DNA of 64,000 nucleotides from NCBI GenBank assembly GCA_963806355.1, contig CAWDXN010000005.1, positions 57,980 through 121,979 on the forward strand. Reading direction: 5' to 3'. Shown here piece by piece: positions 37,383 to 47,179 of this stretch; positions within the stretch are counted from its first letter, which is position 1, and each line of letters begins with the position of its first letter. The translations under genes and the position numbers were made by a program. The notes under the pieces are model-generated. The model did no database searches and was not told the origin of the DNA. It saw nothing but the letters and a program-made list of their open reading frames with translations. This DNA is from Methanomassiliicoccaceae archaeon (GTDB taxonomy: Archaea; Thermoplasmatota; Thermoplasmata; Methanomassiliicoccales; UBA472).

Positions 37383-38290
37383 TTGAGACGGATGATAGTG
37401 CATGGAGGGGCCTGGGACATACCCAAGGACCTTCACGATGACCATAAGAAGGGTTGCCTGCGCGCCCTTGGGCTGGGACAAGAGCTGCTAGAGTCCGGAG
37501 GTAACGCGATGGACGCAGTGGAAGCGGCAGTGGTCTCGATGGAGGAGGATTGCGTGTTCGATGCAGGATGCGGTTCCTTCCTGAACGAGAAAGGAAAGGT
37601 GGAGATGGACGCCATCATCATGGACGGGCGCACCTTGGCCTTCGGCGCTGTGGCGGCCATCGGCAATGTGAGGCATCCCATCAAGGTGGCGAGGTCGGTC
37701 AAGGAGAGGACCAGGCACTGCATGCTTGTGGGCGAAGGGGCAACCGGGTTCGCTAAGGAGATGGGCTTTGAGATGTTGGAGGACCACTGCTTGGTCTCCG
37801 AGAGGGAGCTTGCAAGATGGAAGGACATTCAACGCATCAAAGGCTTCCACCAGCGAGATGCCTTCAGCGGAAAGGCGCGTCTGCCCCGATGGGGACCGTG
37901 GGTGCGGTCGCGATCGATGATGAGGGCGATATCGCCGTCGCTACCTCCACGGGCGGAACTCCCAACAAGATGTCCGGAAGGGTCGGCGACAGCCCTTTGG
38001 TGGGGTGCGGCACATATGCCGACAATAGTTCAGCGGGCGTGTCCGCGACAGGTTATGGAGAGGCTTTGATGAAAATATGCGTCGCACGAAGGGTATGTCA
38101 GAATATTGAGGCGGGAAGGAACGCCCGGTCGGCAGCCAACGAGGCGATAGCGTTCTTAGAAAGAAGGGTGGGGGGGTATGGAGGTGTGATCCTCATCGAT
38201 AGGATGGGGGAGATATCCTATGCCCACAACACTCCAAGGATGGCGGTGGCCTATACCGATAAGATAGGGCGGATGAGAGCGATCATCTGA
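37383..38290 (+). CDS. Isoaspartyl peptidase / plant-type L-asparaginase (Ntn hydrolase); frameshift near 37875
   Basis: IVHGGAW, VEMDAIIMDG, GTVGAVA, ATSTGG, GRVGDSPLVGCG, SATGYGE. Confidence 0.92.
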
Positions 38291-38371
38291 TCCTGACACC
38301 ATTCGACCGTGTCTATAACAGACAAGCTCACCGCTATCCCTTCATCGATCATGACCTTTTTTCTCGGTCTG

Positions 38372-38950
38372 TCACATCGATGCGGTCAAAGGGCGGCCGG
38401 GATGCTGCCCTCCAGTTATCTGCCCTTGCGACATTGCCTCGCCCTGTCCGGATCGCTGGGCTTCCTTGACCGTGCTCTCGTCCAGCTGCATCTTGGGGAA
38501 CACCGCCCATAACCGGTCCAGGTCCTTCTGCTCCAGGGTGAGGGGGTCGATGCCGATGTACATCACCCCACCGTTCACCTTCAGAGCCTGGTTGATCTCC
38601 TCGAGTGTGGCGAGCAATTTGCGCATGTCATTCCAGAGCAGGAGGTATTCCAGACCGTCCAGGAAGAATATCACCTTCCGGTCCTTCGCCTCCAGCTTGA
38701 CCGCCTTCGACAGTGCGGTCAAGGTCTTGGGAGAGATCACGTTGTCCCCTTTGCTTCCGCTGAGCCAGTAGTACTTGGGCGATAAAAGACCGAACTTCTC
38801 CATCACGTACTCTGGATGCAACCGGGTTATGCAGACACCGGGGGTGCCATCGGCGATCATGCTGGCAAAGGAACTGAAACCGAGCCGAGGAAAACCCTCG
38901 ACCAGCATGACCACGTTCATATTGGCATCCTCAGGAGACATAACGTACAC
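38372..38950 (-). CDS. DUF835-like protein, divergent from STAND regulator
   Basis: CITRLHPE, YWLS, ISPKTL, FLDGLEYLLLWND, IDPLTL. Confidence 0.8.
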   Translation of the reverse strand: MYVMSPEDANMNVVMLVEGFPRLGFSSFASMIADGTPGVCITRLHPEYVMEKFGLLSPKYYWLSGSKGDNVISPKTLTALSKAVKLEAKDRKVIFFLDGLEYLLLWNDMRKLLATLEEINQALKVNGGVMYIGIDPLTLEQKDLDRLWAVFPKMQLDESTVKEAQRSGQGEAMSQGQITGGQHPGRPLTASM

Positions 38951-39029
38951 TCTGCTAGCACATACCCTTTCATTTTCGTGATATAAAAACTGATTTTGAG
39001 CATGCTCATTTTGAAATGAGAGTCTATCT

Positions 39030-39043
39030 TATCCTCAAAGATA
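39030..39043. promoter_or_regulatory. TATC-N6-GATA site in divergent promoter of DUF835 gene and STAND regulator
   Basis: TATCCTCAAAGATA; a second palindrome CTCAT-N6-ATGAG at 39005-39020. Confidence 0.5.
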
Positions 39044-39089
39044 ATAATTTGAAGGGAATTATTTTTATTCAAGAAAACAATCTTAGTCC

Positions 39090-41780
39090 GTGAACCGAGC
39101 CGCCCGGAAGTCATTATTGACTGCCCGGGAGAGGGTGCTACTGCACCTACTGTCCTACCAGAGGTACAGTCAGGACGCTGATGCCCCCAAAGCCGTTATT
39201 CAAGAGGGAATAGCGGATGCGGTTGAGGTCGGTCGCAACAATGTCGCCAAGATCTTGAACGAGATGGCCAACGAGCGCATCGTCGATATCCTTTCCAAGC
39301 ATGTCAAGGGCCTTCCGAGCGTCCGCCGGGTCTATTTCCTTTCCACCAAGGGCTTCGATGAGGCCAAGCATCTCAAGGAGGACCTCGAGGCGATGAAGGT
39401 CGAGGTCATCGACCTTAAGGGGGACGTGCACCAGGACGAAGTAGGTCGCCTTTCCGTCTATATGCCCGGCAATTACACCTTCCTGGAAATAATCATGGGC
39501 GTTGCCAGGGGTAAGTTCGATTGCCGATCCTTCCACGAGTCCAAGACCAAAGAGGAGAGGCGTTTCGTTGACTTCACCGACAAAAAGCCGGCGGTCCGAT
39601 CCTTCTTCGGCAGAGAAAAGGAATACCGTCAGCTGATGGACCTGATCAACGGTGAGAGCACCCGGGCCATCATAATCTATGGAATCCCAGGGATCGGGAA
39701 GACCACATTACTGGCGAAGTTCGCCCAAGATGTCCGAGAACAGACCAACGTGTTCTGGCTTAAGATTCACGAATGGGTCAACGTGCGAGGCCTGCTGCGA
39801 CCGCTGGCGGAGTTCCTCTCCCAACTGGGAAAGAAGAACCTGGAATGGTACCTCAATCAGAACGAGACCCCTCACACTGGTGAGGTCTTGCAGATCCTGA
39901 TCACGGACATGGGGGACATCCCGGTCCTGCTCATATTCGACGATGTGCACAAGGGCGAGCGCCTGGTGCTGGATTTCCTCAACGCGCTTATCAACATGAT
40001 CGAGGAGCTGCCCAAGGTCAGGGTGGTCTGCGCCACCAGGGAGGTCCCGGCCTTCTATTCTCGAAGCCTGGTCATCCGGAACCTGATCAGGGAGATGCAG
40101 ATGGAGGGATTGGACAGGGAGAGCAGCCTGAGGATGCTGAGGGCCCGTTCCATGCCCGAGGGCGACATAGAGCAGGTCATCCAGATCACGAAGGGGCATC
40201 CTTTGTTCCTCGAGCTCATCGAGGAGCCTCAATCGGCATTGGGGAAGAACATCCGCATGTTCATCGATCAGGAGGTGGTCTCCAAACTGGATGTGGCGGA
40301 GAAGCGCATCATGAACGTGGCATCGGTGTTCCGTTACCCGGTCATCATGGACGCCTTTTTCATCACCGAGGAGGAGATCCGCAAGGACCTCAACGGAAAG
40401 GAGATCGAGCTCCAGGACATCGATTACACCGTCTCGTATGAGACGGTCGACTCTCTGATTTCCAAATCCATCCTCCATGAGTCCATCGGGCGCATGATAG
40501 GCATGCACGACCTACTTCGTGAGTTCACTTATTCGCGATTGACGCCTAGGCAGAGAATGATCTACCATCGGGCCGCTTCAAAGTTCTATATCCAGGACTC
40601 CTCGCACTCATCCAAGGTGGAGGCTTTGTACCATTGTATCATGGCAAAGGACCTAGAGAAGGCAGTGGAGGTGGCGGCAGGGAGTGGCCAGGAGATCATC
40701 TCCAAGGGATACGCCATGCAATTCGACCCCTTGCTCAGCCGATTGCTGGTGGAGACAAAAGGTCAGGCGAACCGGGACCGAATGGAGCTGCTCATGTTGC
40801 ACGCCCAGATCCTGGAGCTGCATGGTGAGTACGAAAGGGCGGTGGAAGAGCTCGCCGAGATGCTAGAGGACCTGCCTGTCGACAAGGGCTCCCGTCTCAA
40901 GGCCGAGGTGCACAGGAGGCTGGGAGTGCTGGAGATGAAGCGCAACCTGTACGATAGCTCATCTCAACACTTGGCAGATGCGTCCAGCATAGCCAATGAC
41001 ATCCGGGACTCCCAGACCCTGGCGGACATATACTATGACACCGGGGGTTTGCTGGAGCGGCGCGGTAAGTTCGACGAGGCCGTGCAGAACTTCGAGGCGG
41101 CAGGAGACTTCGCTCGGGGCGTAGGGGATAAGATCGCCTTAGGAAGGTCCCTATATGGTCTGGGCAGGGTCAAGGCAAGTTTGTTGGAATACACAGAAGC
41201 GGTGCGATTGAAGAAGGAGGCCCTTAACATCCTCGAGCGCACCGGCGATGTGAACATGACCTCCAAGGTATGCATCGGCATCGGCAATGACATGCGCTCC
41301 ATCAAGCAGGGCGATGAAGGTTTGAAATATCTGGAAAGGGCGGTCGACCTGGCCACCTCGGTTGGCGACATCAACACATTGGCCTATGCGCTATCGAACC
41401 AGGCGGCGGAGTACCTGGCGAGGAACGACCTGGCCAAAGCGGACGAGCTATTGCATGAGGCCACCAAGCTTTTCATCAAGCTCAACGACCAGGTGATGAT
41501 ATCGAACATGCACTTCTATCGTGGCTTCCTCTACAATATGAGAGGCGATTGGGAATGGGCCAAGGAGGAGTTCAAGCTCAGCATTGACACCTTAAGAGGG
41601 TTCGACATACCCTCGAGGTTGGCGCTATGGCTGCTTGAGATCGCCTCGGTCTACATGGAGAACAACGAGAAGGAAGAGGCCATGAAACTTTACGAAGAGG
41701 CCTATTCCGTCGCTTCGCGCATCGGTCACGAGAGGATCATGCGGGATGCAAAGGAAAGCATGGCTAAGATCATGGCCTGA
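39090..41780 (+). CDS. wHTH - STAND NTPase (NB-ARC/MalT-like) - TPR transcriptional regulator
   Basis: N-terminal winged helix (QEGIADAVEVGRNNV...RRVYFLSTKG); FFGREKE, GIPGIGKTT, LIFDDVH, GHPL, MHDLLR; C-terminal TPR-like helical repeats; intact 896-aa ORF. Confidence 0.88.
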   Translation: MNRAARKSLLTARERVLLHLLSYQRYSQDADAPKAVIQEGIADAVEVGRNNVAKILNEMANERIVDILSKHVKGLPSVRRVYFLSTKGFDEAKHLKEDLEAMKVEVIDLKGDVHQDEVGRLSVYMPGNYTFLEIIMGVARGKFDCRSFHESKTKEERRFVDFTDKKPAVRSFFGREKEYRQLMDLINGESTRAIIIYGIPGIGKTTLLAKFAQDVREQTNVFWLKIHEWVNVRGLLRPLAEFLSQLGKKNLEWYLNQNETPHTGEVLQILITDMGDIPVLLIFDDVHKGERLVLDFLNALINMIEELPKVRVVCATREVPAFYSRSLVIRNLIREMQMEGLDRESSLRMLRARSMPEGDIEQVIQITKGHPLFLELIEEPQSALGKNIRMFIDQEVVSKLDVAEKRIMNVASVFRYPVIMDAFFITEEEIRKDLNGKEIELQDIDYTVSYETVDSLISKSILHESIGRMIGMHDLLREFTYSRLTPRQRMIYHRAASKFYIQDSSHSSKVEALYHCIMAKDLEKAVEVAAGSGQEIISKGYAMQFDPLLSRLLVETKGQANRDRMELLMLHAQILELHGEYERAVEELAEMLEDLPVDKGSRLKAEVHRRLGVLEMKRNLYDSSSQHLADASSIANDIRDSQTLADIYYDTGGLLERRGKFDEAVQNFEAAGDFARGVGDKIALGRSLYGLGRVKASLLEYTEAVRLKKEALNILERTGDVNMTSKVCIGIGNDMRSIKQGDEGLKYLERAVDLATSVGDINTLAYALSNQAAEYLARNDLAKADELLHEATKLFIKLNDQVMISNMHFYRGFLYNMRGDWEWAKEEFKLSIDTLRGFDIPSRLALWLLEIASVYMENNEKEEAMKLYEEAYSVASRIGHERIMRDAKESMAKIMA

Positions 41781-41843
41781 TCTTTTTTATAAAAAATAAG
41801 TAAGGCGTTTGAAAACAGTTTGGGAAGGAAAGATCTGCAACCC

Positions 41844-42260
41844 TTAGTGGGGATCCACGCCAGGGATCACATGCGGGTCGACACCGGGGATGACGTGTGG
41901 GTCAACACCAGGGATCACATGCGGGTCCACGCCAGGAATCACATGTGGGTCTACGCCCGGGATGGCATGCGGATCCACGCCAGGGATCACATGAGGGTCC
42001 ACGCCAGGTATCACATGTGGATCGACACCGGGGATGACGTGTGGGTCAACACCAGGGATCACATGCGGGTCTACGCCAGGAATAGCATGCGGATCGACAC
42101 CGGGGATGACGTGTGGGTCAACACCAGGGATCACATGCGGGTCCACGCCCGGGATGGCAAGGGCTGCCACACCTAGGAAGGAGCCCACCATCACAAGGCA
42201 CGCAAGCACGGCGACTACGCCGATCAATACGGCCATGATTTTCTTTGTTGCCTTCTGCAT
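41844..42260 (-). CDS. Secreted tandem-repeat peptide precursor: signal peptide + 13 x [V/A]IPGVDPH
   Basis: GGTGA SD before ATG 42260; basic n-region, hydrophobic h-region, A-L-A cleavage motif; repeat variation almost all synonymous in this frame. Confidence 0.88.
   Translation of the reverse strand: MQKATKKIMAVLIGVVAVLACLVMVGSFLGVAALAIPGVDPHVIPGVDPHVIPGVDPHAIPGVDPHVIPGVDPHVIPGVDPHVIPGVDPHVIPGVDPHAIPGVDPHVIPGVDPHVIPGVDPHVIPGVDPHVIPGVDPH
41847..42158 (-). repeat. 13 x 24-bp coding tandem repeat
   Basis: 312 nt = 13 exact-length units; third-position variation only, apart from V/A at one position. Confidence 0.95.
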
Positions 42261-42297
42261 CAACTTCACCTGCACCAAATTATTATGCAAACCTGTT

Positions 42298-42478
42298 TAT
42301 CATTGTTGATATTAAAAGCGTCTTTGAGCATGCTACACTAAACATTAAATATCAGTAATGATAAAAATCTTTCTATATTATTGAATGTTTATAATCTGTG
42401 ATAACGTGTCCAGATTTGAATGATTTATCAGATTTGATAATTAATAGTATTTATATTGAAATACTATCCGAATCGATA
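42298..42478. promoter_or_regulatory. Cluster of five TATC-N6-GATA-type palindromes upstream of the peptide gene
   Basis: 42298 TATCATTGTTGATA, 42350 TATCAGTAATGATA, 42390 TATAATCTGTGATA (1 mismatch), 42426 TATCAGATTTGATA, 42465 TATCCGAATCGATA. Confidence 0.75.
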
Positions 42479-42532
42479 AAAATCGTCCGGTCTATGATTT
42501 TTTATTAATTCGAACGTTCCTCACGTTATCAA

Positions 42533-43224
42533 ATGAGTGAAAGAAGGGAAGGACTGACGAAGCTCGGGATCGTGTTCGATCTAGACGGGACCTTGATCGA
42601 AAGCACTATCGACTTCGGGCTCATGAGAGATCGTGTCTTCAGATATCTGATCGATATTGGTTTGGGATACGTTCTGGAGCGATCGGACACTATCGCCAAC
42701 AACATGGACCGGGTGCGGCAAGAGATCCGCGATATGAATCTAGACCTCAAGACCGTCGAGACGAGCGTCGAGGCCATCTGCGTCGAGGTGGAGATGATGT
42801 CCGTGGATTACACGAAGGAAGTGCCTGGGGCAGGCGATGCATTGAGAACGCTTCGCGTCATGGGGATATCCGCTGGCATTGTTGACCCGAGGGTCCCGGA
42901 ATTATGCCACGCATGCTCTTCGCGCATCAAATCTTACAGGATTGCTGGACGCCATCATCTGCCGGGACGACTACGACCGTCTCAGAGGCGAAACCTCACC
43001 CGGAGGCCATGCGCCGGGCCGCCGCCGCCCTGAACCTGCGACCGGAGCAATGCATCTTGGTCGGGGATCATTTGATGGACCTGGAATGTGCCCTTTCGGC
43101 CGGCTCGATGTTCGTGGCGGTCCTGAGCGGACATAATGGTCGGAAGGGTTGGGAGGATCTGGGTGTGGAAAGGATGATCCCATCCATCGCCCAACTGCCG
43201 AGATATCTCGAGGAGATGACATGA
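42533..43224 (+). CDS. HAD-superfamily hydrolase (phosphoglycolate phosphatase-like); frameshifted
   Basis: VFDLDGTL, TR, KPHPE, VGDHLMD. Confidence 0.88.
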
Positions 43225-43276
43225 GGAACGTCTTCACTCCACCAACTATATCCCACTGACGTGGGATTCGGGAACC

Positions 43277-43657
43277 ATGAGGTCCATTGTAAAGAGCGAG
43301 GATGCGCCGGAACCGATCGGTCCCTATTCCCAGGCCGTCATCTCGGACCAACTGGTGTTCTGCTCAGGCCAGTTAGGTGTCGACCCTCGAACTGGAAGGA
43401 TGGTCGATGGCGGGACTGCCGCGGAGGCCCGACGTTGCCTCGAAAACCTCAAGGCCATACTGGAGCAGGCGGGGACAGACCTCACGAAAGTGCTGCGATG
43501 CACCATCTTCATGACCGACCTGATGGACTTCCAGGCCTTGAACTCGGTCTATGCGGAGTTCTTCTCGGCGTCGCCACCTGCCAGGACCACCGTTCAAGTG
43601 GCGGCGTTGCCCAGAGGGGCTAAGGTGGAGATCGATGCGATCGCGTCCCTGACCTGA
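43277..43657 (+). CDS. ridA: RidA/YjgF/UK114 enamine deaminase
   Basis: APEPIGPYSQA, SGQLG, PPARTTVQVAALP, VEIDAIA. Confidence 0.93.
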   Translation: MRSIVKSEDAPEPIGPYSQAVISDQLVFCSGQLGVDPRTGRMVDGGTAAEARRCLENLKAILEQAGTDLTKVLRCTIFMTDLMDFQALNSVYAEFFSASPPARTTVQVAALPRGAKVEIDAIASLT

Positions 43658-44272
43658 TCAGGCCTTGGCATTCACAGAATCGGCCTTGATGCCGTCGTAC
43701 TTGACCTCGAATCCCTTTTGGCAGACGGGACAACAGACGTAATACTCGCGGTCGTCCTTCTTGACCTTGTAAGCGTTGTCGTGGATCTCCTTCTTACAGT
43801 AGTTGCAGGTCAGCACCACAGAGGACTCTGGGGTGACGGTGGCCCTCTGGTTCTCCTTGACCACGGTGACGATGTTCGCAATGTCGAACTCGATGATCTC
43901 ATGGATGTCGGCCATCTTGGAAAGGAAATCGTTGATGAGGTGCTGGTGGTGGAAGGTGCACATGAGCATCAGCTTGCCGCTGCTGAGCATGAATATCTGC
44001 CTCACGCTCTCGTTCTCCTGGAACTGCTCCGCCACCTTCTTGATGTCAACTGGCTTGGTCTTGATGCTCAGGACAACGCTGATCCCTCCCAGTTTCTCTG
44101 GGTCGAGGGTGGCGGTGTAACCCTTTATGATGCCCATGTTCTCCATCGAGCCGACCTTGCTGCTGACCGTGGGAACGCTGACCTTCACCCTGTCCGCGAT
44201 CTGACGGAAGGATAGGCGACCGTTCTCCTGAAGGACCTTCAGGATCCTAACGTCGGTATTGTCCAGTTTCAT
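43658..44272 (-). CDS. Lrp/AsnC-type HTH regulator with C-terminal TRASH domain (archaeal CopR/CopT-like)
   Basis: LDNTDVRILKVLQENGRLSF HTH; CNYC...YYVCCPVC; divergent from copA. Confidence 0.88.
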   Translation of the reverse strand: MKLDNTDVRILKVLQENGRLSFRQIADRVKVSVPTVSSKVGSMENMGIIKGYTATLDPEKLGGISVVLSIKTKPVDIKKVAEQFQENESVRQIFMLSSGKLMLMCTFHHQHLINDFLSKMADIHEIIEFDIANIVTVVKENQRATVTPESSVVLTCNYCKKEIHDNAYKVKKDDREYYVCCPVCQKGFEVKYDGIKADSVNAKA

Positions 44273-44429
44273 ATGGAAAAGGGGAATTAAACAATCATTA
44301 ATAAAGATATCCGTTAAACGAACAAACTAGTCGAGGTTAACATGACGTTAAGAATGCAAAATACTCGTAACTATTCTTTGCATTCGTTGATAGACATGTA
44401 GATGAACCAAGAGCATGGATGTGGTGTAG

Positions 44430-46933
44430 ATGAGCGACGCAAAGGACGGAGGGTCCGACCGACCGAAACTGGAGTCCAAAGGAAAGAGGACGGCAAGCTT
44501 CGGGGTCACCGGTATGACCTGTGCCACCTGTGCTCAGACCATCACTGAATCGCTGCAGGGATTGGAGGGGGTGGAAGGGGCGAGCGTCAACCTTGCCACC
44601 GAGAAGGCCACTGTGGTCTACGACCCTGAGAAGGTGACCATGGAGAAAATGGCCTCCGCCATAGACCAGGCTGGATATGGGGTCATAGTTAACCAGGTCA
44701 CCATCGCCGTCGGGGGCATGACCTGCTCCTCCTGCGTTCTTTCTGTGGAGGAATCCTTGCTATCATTACCTGGCGTTCTTTCCGCCTCTGTGAACCTTGC
44801 CACCGAGAAGGTGACGGTGAGGTACGATCCACAGCAGGTACGCCTCCCTCAGATCAAGCAGGCCATCAAGGACGCTGGATACGATGTGCTCGAGGCGCAG
44901 ACGGTGGATGCGGAGAAGGAGCTTCGGGCTGAGGAGACGGCCCGCCAGAAACGATTGCTGGTCTTCGCTTGGACGCTCGCATTGCCGGTATTCGTCATAA
45001 TGATGCTGATGACGTTCACCACATTGGGCGATGAGCCCTTCCTGATGGACTATGGCAATTACATCCTGTTCCTGCTCACCACGCCGATCCAGTTCGTCGC
45101 CGGTTACCGATTCTACATCGGCGGTTACAAATCCTTGCGCAATGGCGTGGCCAACATGGACGTGCTGGTGGCGGTGGGCACCTCAGCGGCCTATTTCTAT
45201 TCGGTGGCAGTGACGTTCTTTCCCGACGCCTTCCCCTTCACATGATGTCTACTATGACAGCGCCGCCCTCATCATCGCGATAGTGCTGTTAGGCAAGTAC
45301 ATCGAGGCCAGGGCCAAGTCCCGCACCTCCGATTCCATACGAAAGCTGATCGACCTGCAGGCCAAGAGCGCCACCATAGTGCGTGAAGGCAAGGAGGTGA
45401 CCGTTCCTGTGGATGAGCTGGATGTCAATGATGTCATGGTCGTCCGACCGGGGGAGAAGGTCCCCACCGATGGCGTGGTGATCGAGGGCGAATCGGAGGT
45501 GGATGAGTCCCTGATCACCGGAGAGAGCCTGCCAGTGCACAAGGGGGAGGGCTCATCTGTGGTGGGAGGTTCCATCAACAGCAATGGATTGCTCAAGGTC
45601 AGGGCCACCCGGGTGGGGGCCGACACCGCTCTGGCCCAGATCATCCGTCTCGTGGAGGAGGCCCAGGTGTCCAAGGCCCCCATCCAACGCATGGCCGATC
45701 GGGTGGCCTCGGTCTTCGTGCCCATCGTCATCACCATCGCTGTCTCTGCCTTCCTCTTCTGGTACTTTTTTGGGGCCTCGTATTACGGGGTGGACCAGGT
45801 CTTCCCGTTCTCATTGTCGGTGTTCATCGCCGTGCTGGTCATCGCCTGCCCCTGCGCCCTTGGCCTGGCCACACCGACCGCCATCATGGTAGGGACGGGA
45901 AAGGGCGCGGAACTGGGCATATTGATCAAGAACGGGCAGGCATTGGAGATAGCCGGTAAGGTCGGGGTCATGGTCTTCGACAAGACCGGTACCTTGACCC
46001 AGGGCAGACTTGAGGTGACCGATATCGTTGCCATCGGAATCGCCGAGGAGGATCTGCTGCGAACCGCTGGTGCGGCCGAGAAAGGGTCGGAGCATCCCAT
46101 CGCCAAGGCCATCGTCAGGAAGGCCGAGGAGAATGTCCGAACTGCCGGAGGTGGGTCAGTTCGAGAACGTGCCTGGCAAAGGCATTTCGGCCCATATCGA
46201 GGGCAGGTGGGTACTGGTAGGGTCGAGGAGGATCATGCAGGATAACTCGGTGGACCTTGCTCCGGTCGAATCGCACATCGCTCGCTTGGAAGACCTTGGA
46301 CGGACCACTCTGGTGGTGGCCCAGGAAGGAGTGGCGGTCGGTGTGCTCGGGGTCTCGGATGTGGTGAAGGATTCCGCCCTGGTGGCGTTGAACGAGCTGA
46401 AGCGCATGGGGATCGAGGTGGTCATGATGACCGGCGACAACCGGCGGACCGCTGACGTCATCGCCAAGCAGCTCGGCATAGACCGAGTGCTGGCCGAGGT
46501 GCTTCCCGGTCAGAAGGCGGAGCAGGTGGCCGCCCTTCAGAAGGAAGGCAAGGTGGTGGCCATGGTCGGGGACGGGGTCAACGACGCCCCTGCCCTGGCC
46601 CAGGCCGACCTTGGCATCGCGGTGGGCTCTGGCACCGATGTGGCCATAGAGACCGGGGACATCGTCCTGATAAGGAACGACCTGAGGGACGTCGTGGCAG
46701 CGATCCAGCTGAGCGCAAGGACCTCAGTGAAGATCCGGCAGAACCTGTTCTGGGCCTTCGCTTTCAACACCATCGGGATACCGGTGGCCGCAGGTATTCT
46801 ATATCCCAGTTTTCAATTGTTGTTACCGCCCGCGCTGGCGGCAGGGGCGATGGCTCTGAGCTCAGTCACCGTCGTCACCAACGCCGCTCTGTTGCGGACG
46901 TATGTGCCTGAGATCATCAGGGAGAGGGAGTGA
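44430..46933 (+). CDS. copA: Cu(+)-translocating P1B-type ATPase; frameshifts near 45240 and 46135
   Basis: GMTCATC and GMTCSSC metal-binding domains, TGES, CPCALG, DKTGT, SEHP, GDGVNDAP, MALSS. Confidence 0.95.
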
Positions 46934-46934
46934 A

Positions 46935-47081
46935 ATGGCTATCGATCCGATATGCATGATGGAAGTGGACGAGAAGACCGCCAAGTGGAAATCCGAATAC
47001 AAGGGCAAGACCTATTACTTCTGCGCGCCTGGATGCAAGAAGAAGTTCGATGCGACCCCGGAGAAGTACATTAAGGCCTGA
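46935..47081 (+). CDS. YHS/TRASH small metal chaperone (48 aa, below ORF-track cutoff)
   Basis: MAIDPICMMEVDEKTAKWKSEYKGKTYYFCAPGCKKKFDATPEKYIKA. Confidence 0.9.
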   Translation: MAIDPICMMEVDEKTAKWKSEYKGKTYYFCAPGCKKKFDATPEKYIKA

Positions 47082-47179
47082 ATTGAGGATGTCTATCCCG
47101 TTCGTGCTAAGGGCGGGAAAATACCATAGCATTCTTTTTAATATTCCACAGCGATTAAATCCCTTCTTGGGGGCAGCAC

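Noticed and set aside
39090..41780. STAND-TPR protein as an Avs-type antiviral defence protein
   Set aside because: N-terminal domain looks like a winged-helix DNA-binding domain, not a nuclease, protease or SIR2 effector; no defence-island context
41847..42158. 24-bp repeat as CRISPR array or non-coding VNTR
   Set aside because: No spacers, no cas genes; variation is synonymous in the minus-strand frame
41820..42309. Plus-strand repeat ORFs (RDHMRVHA..., GSTPGITC...)
   Set aside because: Shadows of the minus-strand gene; amino acids vary between units and no SD or signal
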